The notes beneath the pieces were generated by a model that saw only the letters and a list, made by a program, of their open reading frames with translations, searched no databases and was not told where the DNA came from. 64,000 nucleotides of DNA. Source: a virus. Location of the stretch: IMG/VR virus record IMGVR_UViG_3300009370_000003. One strand, 5' to 3'. A program made the position numbers and the translations under genes. Below are positions 9,822 through 18,278 of this stretch, in pieces (the first letter of the stretch is position 1; each line of letters begins with the position of its first letter).

Positions 9822-10070
9822 TCACTGTGCAATATATCCTGCTAGGGTTCTCAATAAAAACATTAACCCCATAGCATTCAGCATAATCAACGCACGGTCT
9901 TTCCATAGTATAGAGACCACCAACCACAAGGACACCCCTATGGTAGACGCTACAAGGTCAAAGACAGTAAACCCATCTACCCCTCTAACCGACATAGCAG
10001 ATAGAATAAAGATACTTGCTACCCACTTAAGATACCAATCAGCAGTAAACTTTTTATGCTTCTCTTTCAT
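9822..10070 (-). CDS. small multi-pass membrane protein
   Basis: DWYLKWVAS...W.DRALI.LN; three TM segments. Confidence 0.7.
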   Translation of the reverse strand: MKEKHKKFTADWYLKWVASIFILSAMSVRGVDGFTVFDLVASTIGVSLWLVVSILWKDRALIMLNAMGLMFLLRTLAGYIAQ

Positions 10071-10218
10071 ATTAGGAAAACAATCCCGCTATTAAAAGAT
10101 AAGGCAAACCTAAAAAGAATATCATGATAGCATACAAGCCGTAGATAAGAAGTTCCAACCGTCTAAAACGATAGTCTCTTTCGTCAAATAACTTATCAAT
10201 TTTCTTTGTCATGACACC

Positions 10219-10256
10219 ATTATACCATATACATACCCACACTGACTAGAGGGTTT
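10219..10256 (-). promoter_or_regulatory. promoter with AAACCCTCTAGTCA upstream element
   Basis: TAGTCA-N18-TATAAT; the identical 14-mer also occurs at 47329 and 54219. Confidence 0.7.
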
Positions 10257-10680
10257 ATTGAGAAAACCGTTCCATGACTAGGTCAAAAAGAAAGTCCTCG
10301 TGCTTCCGTGCTGGATTCTCATACATGTATTCACCTCGTGCAGCCTGACGAACATGTATCATTTCGTGTGAAAGAGTCTCCAAGAGCGGCACTCGTACAC
10401 CATACATGTCCTTGCGGGCTAGTTCAACTACAATATCCTTACAATTATTTTCGGTATCTATGTCATTACACGGATAACAACACCCCACGGCGTCTCTGAA
10501 CTCGTCTAAGAACTGATTATGCACAATAATATCCAGTCGTATGTTATCGTGTTTATCCAGTCCTAGTATAGGAATAGAGTGCAGAATAAACTCTTCTATC
10601 TTATCATGCTCTCTCACTTCTCCCCCGCGAGGGCCAGATATATCAATTTTAATACTCATATTTTTCCTTTCACGGGTCAT
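10255..10680 (-). CDS. HExxH zinc-metallopeptidase-like protein
   Basis: LETLSHEMIHVRQ. Confidence 0.65.
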   Translation of the reverse strand: MTRERKNMSIKIDISGPRGGEVREHDKIEEFILHSIPILGLDKHDNIRLDIIVHNQFLDEFRDAVGCCYPCNDIDTENNCKDIVVELARKDMYGVRVPLLETLSHEMIHVRQAARGEYMYENPARKHEDFLFDLVMERFSQ

Positions 10681-10973
10681 TTTTTCCCGAGAATTTTTTT
10701 TGGGACTGGGTTTATTAGCCGGTCAAAGATATTCACTAGGGGGCTTGAGGCCTCTCTCAGATTTTATAGGAGTCCCAAAACACTGTTTAAAGGCCCTCAG
10801 GCTGAGTCTAAGAGACCTTGCGGTACTCTACTATATGACCTTTCGCGCCGTATTTAATTGCAACAGCGGCCGCGTCTGCGAGCTTCAGCGGTGTTTTTGA
10901 CCGTAGTTCTAACTCGTAGGAGCCATCTATTGTTATAATCTTAGGATTTATAGTATAAATTTCGAATAAAGAT

Positions 10974-11150
10974 TCACTCATCTTTTGATTTATTATCCTT
11001 GTAATGGGCGCTGATACGGGCCGGCAATACTAATACATCATTGCAGAATTCACAGCAGCGGCCGTTGGTGAATAGGGGATAGGGATTGTGACCCATATCC
11101 AAGAGGTTGTCATCACATATGACACATTGTTTCATTTCATCTAATATCAT
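10974..11150 (-). CDS. small Cys-rich zinc-binding protein (58 aa, not in the track)
   Basis: CVIC...GHNPYP...RCCEFCN; lies directly downstream of a sigma70-type promoter. Confidence 0.65.
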   Translation of the reverse strand: MILDEMKQCVICDDNLLDMGHNPYPLFTNGRCCEFCNDVLVLPARISAHYKDNKSKDE

Positions 11151-11157
11151 AGTCTGT

Positions 11158-11187
11158 ATAGTAGCACATATAGCGAGGCGCTGTCAA
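11158..11187 (-). promoter_or_regulatory. sigma70-type early promoter
   Basis: TTGACA-N18-TACTAT with a TG extension. Confidence 0.75.
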
Positions 11188-11319
11188 GGCCTATTATGTG
11201 ACCCTCTGAGACCCTTTGTTTATAGGGGTTTCAGAGGTATGCACTGTTTTGGTGCATAAATTGGTCTTGAGAACCACCCTATCCAATCCTTAGATGGCTC
11301 TCAAGATAACATAATATGT

Positions 11320-11456
11320 GGGAATCTCTCTCATGTTCCCGCGACCTTCTCGGTAGATAACCCCAGTGACTTCATTTATAGTGAGAGATTGTCACGATAG
11401 GAGTCTCTCACAGGCGCAATCCACGGTCATATCCACTGGTCAATACCGTTTCATAT
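11320..11456 (-). ncRNA. candidate structured non-coding RNA
   Basis: follows a TAGTAT-N17-TATAAT promoter (11463-11491); first ATG stops after 4 codons; three nested helices plus a 3' hairpin. Confidence 0.4.
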
Positions 11457-11505
11457 ACTAATATTATACCACAATCGTCCATTCTATACTAGGCCCTTTC
11501 CTATA

Positions 11506-11706
11506 TTAGTAGGGGCAATCAGGAAGATTGTCGTATCGAAGCTTTATTAGAGTGTCGATCAGGGTGTCCGTATCTAGCTTATTAGGGATTTTATCGATAC
11601 CATAGTCGGCAATGTCTTTGATTACCAGCCATATATCCTTATCCGCCAATGCACATACAGCATCAGTGATCGCATCTATGTTGTTGTCATTTACTATATT
11701 ACTCAT
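11506..11706 (-). CDS. small hypothetical early protein
   Basis: follows the promoter at 11716-11745. Confidence 0.6.
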   Translation of the reverse strand: MSNIVNDNNIDAITDAVCALADKDIWLVIKDIADYGIDKIPNKLDTDTLIDTLIKLRYDNLPDCPY

Positions 11707-11715
11707 TATGTATAC

Positions 11716-11745
11716 AGTATATCAAATATGCGGAGGCATTGTCAA
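11716..11745 (-). promoter_or_regulatory. sigma70-type early promoter
   Basis: TTGACA-N18-TATACT with a TG extension. Confidence 0.75.
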
Positions 11746-11905
11746 GTATTTCGTAACCTCTGAGACCCTTATAGGGCGGGCTATAGGAGAGAGCGCCTCT
11801 TATAAAGCACTCTTTTTATCTACGGGGAGTAGTTTCGACCTTTTCCGTTTCCCCATCTCTGGCCGTTACATTCAATTCATTTCATAATTTCCCATTTACT
11901 AAGAC

Positions 11906-11935
11906 ATTATATCAGAATAGCGGGGTCATAGTCAA
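11906..11935 (-). promoter_or_regulatory. sigma70-type early promoter
   Basis: TTGACT-N18-TATAAT with a TG extension. Confidence 0.7.
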
Positions 11936-12159
11936 GGCTTTTTTACCTGTCGTAGCCGTATTACAGGGAGGCAGAAGAAGCGCGCAGAGCTCTGAAGCTT
12001 CTCAAAATCCCTCCGAAATGCCTTGACTCCTAACTAAATATGTGCTTAGCCTCCCCAAACAACACGCCCTGTAAGCAGAATTTCACCATTATCACCATTA
12101 ACCATTCTGCGTATTATTTTCCATTATCCTCTGTATACTGGGGAGAATAAATATTCATT

Positions 12160-12753
12160 ATGGACTTCTTGCCCTTCGAAATATATTCTGCACCCTTTCC
12201 ACGGGGAAAATATGGGCGCATATGGGAGATTCCGAACTATCTCAGTGACGAAGAATTGTGGAAAATCACTGATAATATTACTTTGAATCATACTCCTATA
12301 TCCTCTGACATCTATCCGAATAACTCTCATTATGTAGACCACACTAATAAATCTCTATCCATTCTCGCCGCAGCTACTGAGATATTCCGTTACCACTTAG
12401 AGAATAATGATATAAACGCTTCTTATGCCTTTGGAGGTCTTGAGGGCCTTGAGTCTCGTAAGTTTATGCTAGATGAGCGGGTTCAGGGTAGTCCTAAAGG
12501 CATGAGGGAGTATCCGCCTCATACAGATGCTGGTAAATTCCTGACTTGTTTAGTACCGCTGAGTCCTGTGAAGTCTGTTCCGACTTCGTTCTTTGGCTTA
12601 GATAATAGAGAGAAGGTTGTGTCTATACCATGGAAGGTTAACCATGCTTATTTGTTTTGTTCTAGTCGGGAGTATTCATGGCACGGATATGCTGGAGATA
12701 AGAAGCACGACAGATGGGTTCTTAATGTGAATTTATTTCAAGATGATTCTTAA
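12160..12753 (+). CDS. 2OG-Fe(II) oxygenase-like protein (only credible plus-strand gene)
   Basis: YPPHTDAGKFLT...WKVNHAYLF...SWHGY...RWVLNVN; ATAAATA just upstream. Confidence 0.75.
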   Translation: MDFLPFEIYSAPFPRGKYGRIWEIPNYLSDEELWKITDNITLNHTPISSDIYPNNSHYVDHTNKSLSILAAATEIFRYHLENNDINASYAFGGLEGLESRKFMLDERVQGSPKGMREYPPHTDAGKFLTCLVPLSPVKSVPTSFFGLDNREKVVSIPWKVNHAYLFCSSREYSWHGYAGDKKHDRWVLNVNLFQDDS

Positions 12754-13327
12754 CAGTTTTAAATCGTATGGTGTTTATTTCTAGGTTGTTATCCCATTCG
12801 AAATATATGTCTATGGCCATTGAATATCGCGGGTCTTGTCCAGTGTTTTCATAAACGGCATGGTCTAAGTCGCAGGTGAATATATGAATATCACCCACCT
12901 CATTCTCATGCATTCCATAATCCTCATACCATGTTAGATTATATTCACCGCCGAGGAATATATTTGCATTGTAGAACATATGGCGTCTCATGAATTCATG
13001 CTGTACCGTTCTGCCATGATAGTGGAGTAGGAGTTCTTCTCCTACTGATAGCTTATTGCCCCAGCACTGGAGTATCATATATTTCCATTCCCTGAATTCA
13101 GGTAGATTAAATAATCGTTGTTCTATATTGAGGTGTTCGAGTGATTCGTTATATAGCCAGTTGTATACGGGATAGGTTGCAGTGAGCCCTTCGTATCCAG
13201 TGTTCTCACCGCGAGGCACATTGTCCTTATCCTTTTCGAATACGGATATGATATGCTCGCATTCTTCGGGTGTTAAAAATTGTGGATAAGACTTGTGATA
13301 TCGTTTATTAGCTGGTGGTCTCGGCAT
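12722..13327 (-). CDS. 2OG-Fe(II) oxygenase-like protein
   Basis: FLTPEEC, WGN, HYH, LDHAV and RYSMAID. Confidence 0.65.
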   Translation of the reverse strand: MPRPPANKRYHKSYPQFLTPEECEHIISVFEKDKDNVPRGENTGYEGLTATYPVYNWLYNESLEHLNIEQRLFNLPEFREWKYMILQCWGNKLSVGEELLLHYHGRTVQHEFMRRHMFYNANIFLGGEYNLTWYEDYGMHENEVGDIHIFTCDLDHAVYENTGQDPRYSMAIDIYFEWDNNLEINTIRFKTVKNHLEINSH

Positions 13328-13565
13328 CTTCCCATTCTATATCTGCTTCAAATGCACCGCTATAATCCATTTCTGTATCTACAGTGTATTTCTCATACCC
13401 ATGTTGATTATAGTTCCTAGCATTCTGCCTATTCTCTAATGCAGCCAGCCTATCTTCAATTTGCTCTAGTCTTTCTATAAGGTGTGGAAATCGTGTTGCT
13501 TGCTTCTGCTCAATCTTTTTAATCTTAGTCAATAAGACTCTATTGCTTAATACTGGTGTAGTCAT
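13308..13565 (-). CDS. hypothetical coiled-coil protein
   Basis: ORF in the operon with a leucine heptad. Confidence 0.55.
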   Translation of the reverse strand: MTTPVLSNRVLLTKIKKIEQKQATRFPHLIERLEQIEDRLAALENRQNARNYNQHGYEKYTVDTEMDYSGAFEADIEWEDAETTS

Positions 13566-13647
13566 AGATTTATTTTAAATACTCCTATCATGCTCACTAA
13601 AAATAAGATAACACTTAATCCAAAGATTATCTTAACTGCTGTGTTCA

Positions 13648-14544
13648 TTATAATACCCACCATCGGAGATATTCGTCTTCTTCAAGATTATCTGTATCTC
13701 CTTCAAAGGTTATCCAACTTGCTTGCCTAGAGATATCTCTATACTCATGTTCCTTGTGAAACAATGCAGATTCTTCGTCACCACCTAGTCCTCTCCAACC
13801 ATAGCCATCTACTGGTGGATTGAAGTGTGGTCTGACATTCTCTTCCCATAGTATATTGCGCTGTTCTTGTTTTTCCCAATCGTTAGGTGCATATGGGATA
13901 TTGACACCGTGTGCATGAGCAAGATAAAAGAATTTGGGTTCTAATTCACATTCAAACCATTGCTGAGCACCATATGGTGTGGCGTCATAGTCCTCTATTA
14001 TTTGTTCATAGTTATCTTCAAACTCATTATATATCATTCCAGCGGTTGAGGAGGCAACACCAATATAGAAAGGTGACATATCTGATTCTTCATTCCACCA
14101 ATTATCAAACTGCTGAATTGGGTAGAGGTCATTCTCTAATATTAATATTTTATCTTCAGCTGGAATAGATTTAGCAGCGTTTTCTGTTTTTCCTTGTTCA
14201 GGGACGGATTCCATGGAGGGCATTGCCATCAAGTCTCGTCCTACTGTGGGTGCATTCAAGACAACCACTTTATTATCTCCATGTAATTGTCGTTTTGCTG
14301 CTTTAAAGCAGTTCATATATGACCAAAACCCTTCAAACTTATCTGCATCATATTCAATGACACGACAATGCCTTTCGAACATGGATTTATCTATGTTGGT
14401 TAATACGAACAAGTCGACTAACTTAACCCCGTCATGGGTATACCATGTTCTCTGAACGGAGAATGAATCGGATAGTCGATTTACATCATCTACCGACCAA
14501 CCACCTTCTCCACAATATACATAAAAACTAACTACTGCATTCAT
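13648..14544 (-). CDS. divergent GT-A glycosyltransferase-like protein
   Basis: N-terminus resembles the phage GT pattern (G..[WY]S...VNRL...F..LT[DN]...GFW....F); the DxD position reads NAP. Confidence 0.4.
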   Translation of the reverse strand: MNAVVSFYVYCGEGGWSVDDVNRLSDSFSVQRTWYTHDGVKLVDLFVLTNIDKSMFERHCRVIEYDADKFEGFWSYMNCFKAAKRQLHGDNKVVVLNAPTVGRDLMAMPSMESVPEQGKTENAAKSIPAEDKILILENDLYPIQQFDNWWNEESDMSPFYIGVASSTAGMIYNEFEDNYEQIIEDYDATPYGAQQWFECELEPKFFYLAHAHGVNIPYAPNDWEKQEQRNILWEENVRPHFNPPVDGYGWRGLGGDEESALFHKEHEYRDISRQASWITFEGDTDNLEEDEYLRWWVL

Positions 14545-14592
14545 TTTATATTTTCACTCCTAATAATATATTCATTCATTTATTTAGTTTGT

Positions 14593-15084
14593 CTAAAGAG
14601 CACCCTTTAGAATAATATTGTCACTTCCGTCAGCATTCTTATCGTTTAGCACACAAACTTCTTCAAAGTTATTCTTCCCTTGTGCTGCGCCTCTTGCTAC
14701 AGCATTATTGAGCTTCGTCCCTATAAGACAATAGCCACCCATATCTTTTGCCCATTGCAGAAGTAAAGGAATGGGTCTTTTATGTTCTCCGCCCCAATTA
14801 TCTTTGCTGGTTTTTCTATATTCAGGTATCACTAGCATTTGCCTTATCCATATATTGTTTTCAATACGACAATTAATAGAATATCCAAACCAACACTCCT
14901 CTACATTATCCCACATGCCGAATGCATATTCATAGGTATTGATTCTATATAACCATTCCTCTTCTGATAATGACGATAAGAATATTCCCGTGCCTCCTTT
15001 AAGCTTTGGGCCTTCAATTAATTCCATTTCCATTAACCATGGAATATCTTTCTCTTGGAGCTTAATTAAATTGTATCTATCCAT
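14593..15084 (-). CDS. GNAT-like acetyltransferase
   Basis: WIRQMLVIPEYRK (motif A-like) and N..A (motif B-like). Confidence 0.55.
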   Translation of the reverse strand: MDRYNLIKLQEKDIPWLMEMELIEGPKLKGGTGIFLSSLSEEEWLYRINTYEYAFGMWDNVEECWFGYSINCRIENNIWIRQMLVIPEYRKTSKDNWGGEHKRPIPLLLQWAKDMGGYCLIGTKLNNAVARGAAQGKNNFEEVCVLNDKNADGSDNIILKGAL

Positions 15085-15692
15085 CCTGTGTATATGTATT
15101 TCACTCCTTTTAATGGTGGGTTTCCTCTATGCTGGTGAGTGAATCCACTGGGCCAGAGTAATAAATCTCCTTGTGCTGGTTTAATTCTTAAAGATTGATA
15201 TAGAAATTCCAGTTCACCACCCTCTTCAACATCATTTAAAAAGACTGCCCATGCAAGTATTGACCTGTAGCTGTCTAACTGATTAGAATGTTCCATATGC
15301 CAGTTATGATATCCTTCGGTCATTTTGGTCTTTTGCATTTTTGCACCACCTACACCTATCCAACTATATTGTCCTTGTATTGGATACTTTCTAAGGAATT
15401 CAGGCATGACCTCATTGTTAACAATATCCACTATTGGTCTAACTACTGGTAATGAACTAGGTGGTATTGTTTGGTGAACAATAGCTTCGTCCTGAATATT
15501 CAATGCACTTGCTCCCATATTGTCAAGTCTGTCTACTGTCATTCCAGCTTCTGAGGCTTCTTCAAATATTCTAATTGCGTCTTCACATAGTTCTCTAGGG
15601 ACACAATTCTCAAAACGATATATGTGTTCACCTAAATCATGTATTTCCTTTTGGTCTTCAGCCCTTTCAAAATTTACTGGTCTTGGATTCAT
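15066..15692 (-). CDS. 2OG-Fe(II) oxygenase (prolyl-hydroxylase-like)
   Basis: GYHNWHME, FLNDVEEGGELEF, WPSGFTHQHRG and KYIYTGW. Confidence 0.9.
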   Translation of the reverse strand: MNPRPVNFERAEDQKEIHDLGEHIYRFENCVPRELCEDAIRIFEEASEAGMTVDRLDNMGASALNIQDEAIVHQTIPPSSLPVVRPIVDIVNNEVMPEFLRKYPIQGQYSWIGVGGAKMQKTKMTEGYHNWHMEHSNQLDSYRSILAWAVFLNDVEEGGELEFLYQSLRIKPAQGDLLLWPSGFTHQHRGNPPLKGVKYIYTGWIDTI

Positions 15693-15931
15693 CGTAGAGG
15701 CTCCCTTTGTTCAAACCACCGCAAGAGAATATACACTCTGATATATGCAATAATGGTCATAAAGAATGTGACCATAGTTCCTGCTATAAATGTGCTCTCT
15801 ACTAACATAAAGTCTATAAAAAACCACAACAATAAGAGATTGAGTGGGTAGTTAATAATCAACCCAGTGAATACTGTTGCAGAAACCTGCTTATGGGTTT
15901 TCTTGTGTTCTTCTATCATACTAAAATTCAT
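15689..15931 (-). CDS. small membrane protein
   Basis: two TM segments, ending R.Y.LLRWF. Confidence 0.65.
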   Translation of the reverse strand: MNFSMIEEHKKTHKQVSATVFTGLIINYPLNLLLLWFFIDFMLVESTFIAGTMVTFFMTIIAYIRVYILLRWFEQREPLR

Positions 15932-15943
15932 TTCCTTTCCTTT

Positions 15944-16019
15944 TGGTGGAGCTGATAGGAATCGAACCTACGACCTACTGGATGCAAACCAGTCGCTCTC
16001 CCTACTGAGCTACAGCCCC
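15944..16019 (-). tRNA. tRNA-Ala(UGC) with encoded CCA
   Basis: GGGGCTG acceptor stem with G3:U70, TAGCTCAG D-arm, anticodon TGC, GTTCGATTC T-loop and ACCA end; 76 nt. Confidence 0.97.
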
Positions 16020-16663
16020 ATATCATAACCAAATGTTTCATAATCTTCTCTGTAATATTCTTGCACGAGTTTCAAACTCTCTTCTGTCCAGTCTATTGGT
16101 GTACGGGGTATCGCATATCTTAGTTGTGGTTCTATGTCTAATGCTTTCCATATTGTTTTGTCTTCTAACCTATGCCATTGTACTGTTGGGAAATAGTTTT
16201 TGTTTAAACCAAGCATTTCTACCTGTGTATATCTAAACATGGTATTATCAATCATTGTTGTTGGTCTCATATAATTACCATGAACTATGAACTCTTTAAC
16301 AAATTGATTAAACTCTGTATTGACCCAAGGGATACCATTTTCACTTGAATAAGTTAATATCCTATGCAGACTTTCCATTCTATCCTCGGGGTGTCTCACT
16401 GTTGCATAATATTTGTAGTGAGGTCTCAACTTTTTTAACTCTTCAAAAGTTGCATGTTTCTTATGAAACTCAACTGTGCCTCTCATGCGTTTACTATCTA
16501 ATGTGTTAACACTTCTTAATGTCCATATTGCATCAGGAATCGACTGCACCATCAGCTGTCCTTTAAACCCATGCTTTTTTATAAGTGCATGTTCTACACT
16601 GGTTCCGCCTGTTCTAGGTATGTGAACATATCCTATAAGTGCTTCGTCTAATATCATTTGCAA
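16010..16663 (-). CDS. sulfotransferase (Sulfotransfer_2-like)
   Basis: HIPRTGGTS (5'-PSB), VRHPEDRMES (3'-PB) and C-terminal Y.EDY..FGY. Confidence 0.85.
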   Translation of the reverse strand: MQMILDEALIGYVHIPRTGGTSVEHALIKKHGFKGQLMVQSIPDAIWTLRSVNTLDSKRMRGTVEFHKKHATFEELKKLRPHYKYYATVRHPEDRMESLHRILTYSSENGIPWVNTEFNQFVKEFIVHGNYMRPTTMIDNTMFRYTQVEMLGLNKNYFPTVQWHRLEDKTIWKALDIEPQLRYAIPRTPIDWTEESLKLVQEYYREDYETFGYDMGL

Positions 16664-16715
16664 ATCTCATGTATATAATATAGTCCAATGTGATACCAAA
16701 ATGTACTTAAATAAC

Positions 16716-16931
16716 TCATTTGAATACTATCTTTGCCAGTCCCAGTTTGTTTCTTCGGTCTATCTCTACTCTAACCTTCGCTCTGAGCTTAGGTTTGATG
16801 CCCTCTTTGTTATATGCTTCAATTAAATCTGCATTTGATTTACATTTCATATAATCGTGGACAACACTTGTTTTGCCTGTCACACGGTCATATTGATTTG
16901 ATGATTTACTAAATTTAATCGGTGGCATCAC
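16716..16931 (-). CDS. small basic hypothetical protein
   Basis: KPKLRAKVRVEIDRR motif. Confidence 0.65.
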   Translation of the reverse strand: MMPPIKFSKSSNQYDRVTGKTSVVHDYMKCKSNADLIEAYNKEGIKPKLRAKVRVEIDRRNKLGLAKIVFK

Positions 16932-17589
16932 TCTCCTCTAGTTTAATGTCTATTGGTAATCGAATAGCGTTCTCTATATATAAATCGTTTAACTCCTCAT
17001 TAGGGATTGGCTCACCGAACCATATTGCAAGACAATACCTTTCTCCATACTGTATGGGTTCAACAGTGTGCCAAACTTCTGTTGAATTATTAAATGCAAC
17101 TATGGTTCCTCTTTTAGTTAAGAATCTATGGCCACCGACATTGAGTTGACCACCTATGAAATGGTCGTTTAAGAATACTATTGCTGTCCCAGTGTCATTA
17201 TCATCAGCAATGTCCATATGCCAAGGGAAATGACTGCCCTCTTCATACTTTATTATCTGCATGTAATTGATTCTTCCAAATGCCCACCCTTTGGGTAATG
17301 CCCATTCAATTCTTTCTAGGATATAATCTCGCTCTGGGCCGGCATATACATTGCAATGTATTTTACCACCGTGTTCATAAGCGTGGTTTTGACCGTCAAA
17401 CTCTTTATCTACTGGTGTAAATTTACTATCGGCGATTGACTCTACTTCAACGAATGGTATTTCATTAAACACATTTATTATTTCATCACATATCCACCCT
17501 TGTAATACTTCGTCATGAATAACCATAAAGTTACCACTATTCTGTTTTGGTTGATCGGTCTGTGTGCCTGTTACGGTTTGTTTGGGCAT
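16915..17589 (-). CDS. 2OG-Fe(II) oxygenase
   Basis: KYEEGSHFPWHMD, FLNDHFIGG, WHTVEPI and GERYCL. Confidence 0.9.
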   Translation of the reverse strand: MPKQTVTGTQTDQPKQNSGNFMVIHDEVLQGWICDEIINVFNEIPFVEVESIADSKFTPVDKEFDGQNHAYEHGGKIHCNVYAGPERDYILERIEWALPKGWAFGRINYMQIIKYEEGSHFPWHMDIADDNDTGTAIVFLNDHFIGGQLNVGGHRFLTKRGTIVAFNNSTEVWHTVEPIQYGERYCLAIWFGEPIPNEELNDLYIENAIRLPIDIKLEESDATD

Positions 17590-18278
17590 TATTTTATCCT
17601 CGGGTAATAGAACATAACTTGTGAGTATCTATAGTTGTCTTTGTATACATTATAATCTGTTATATATGCACCATGCATTTTATTGCCTGTGAATAGAGCT
17701 GCACGATTAAATTTAGCTGGTATGATATGTTTTAAATCCATCATTTCTTCTACTGGTTGTAGTAATCCCTCTTGTTCCATATTTGGAACCCAACCCGCTT
17801 CATATACTGCAGTTCCACCATTCTCTTGTTTATCAAGATAGACTAACATATTAATAACTGCTTGATTGTCGGGGTCTTCAAAGTTTCCGTCTATGTGTGG
17901 GTAGTGTTGCAAGTGAGGGTCAAAGACATTAATAGTCTTGAAACAATTAACCTCTATATCATCTCGGTATTCATAGTCTCCTTTCCACCATTTCTCTCTA
18001 CATATTTCAAGGATTCTCTCATTTGCGTTTCTCCATAGTCTTGTAGGGTGTCCTACCTTATCAACTATCCTTGCATCAATATAATCTATTCCATTAGGTG
18101 ATTGTCTTTCTTCATTGTATTTCCATAATGGAATATCTCTTTTGGAGATATGAGCATAGACAGCTTCAGGGTCTTCATAATAATTGTCTATTGTGAAACA
18201 CTGTAAATCTTCATGCCATTCAATATCCCATTCCTCTGAAGCTTGCTTGTATAAACTGTCGATACTATAGAAACTCAT
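17589..18278 (-). CDS. 2OG-Fe(II) oxygenase-like protein
   Basis: IDNYYEDP, PHID, LVYL..GGTAVY, FNRAALF..MHGA and RYSQ. Confidence 0.8.
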   Translation of the reverse strand: MSFYSIDSLYKQASEEWDIEWHEDLQCFTIDNYYEDPEAVYAHISKRDIPLWKYNEERQSPNGIDYIDARIVDKVGHPTRLWRNANERILEICREKWWKGDYEYRDDIEVNCFKTINVFDPHLQHYPHIDGNFEDPDNQAVINMLVYLDKQENGGTAVYEAGWVPNMEQEGLLQPVEEMMDLKHIIPAKFNRAALFTGNKMHGAYITDYNVYKDNYRYSQVMFYYPRIK

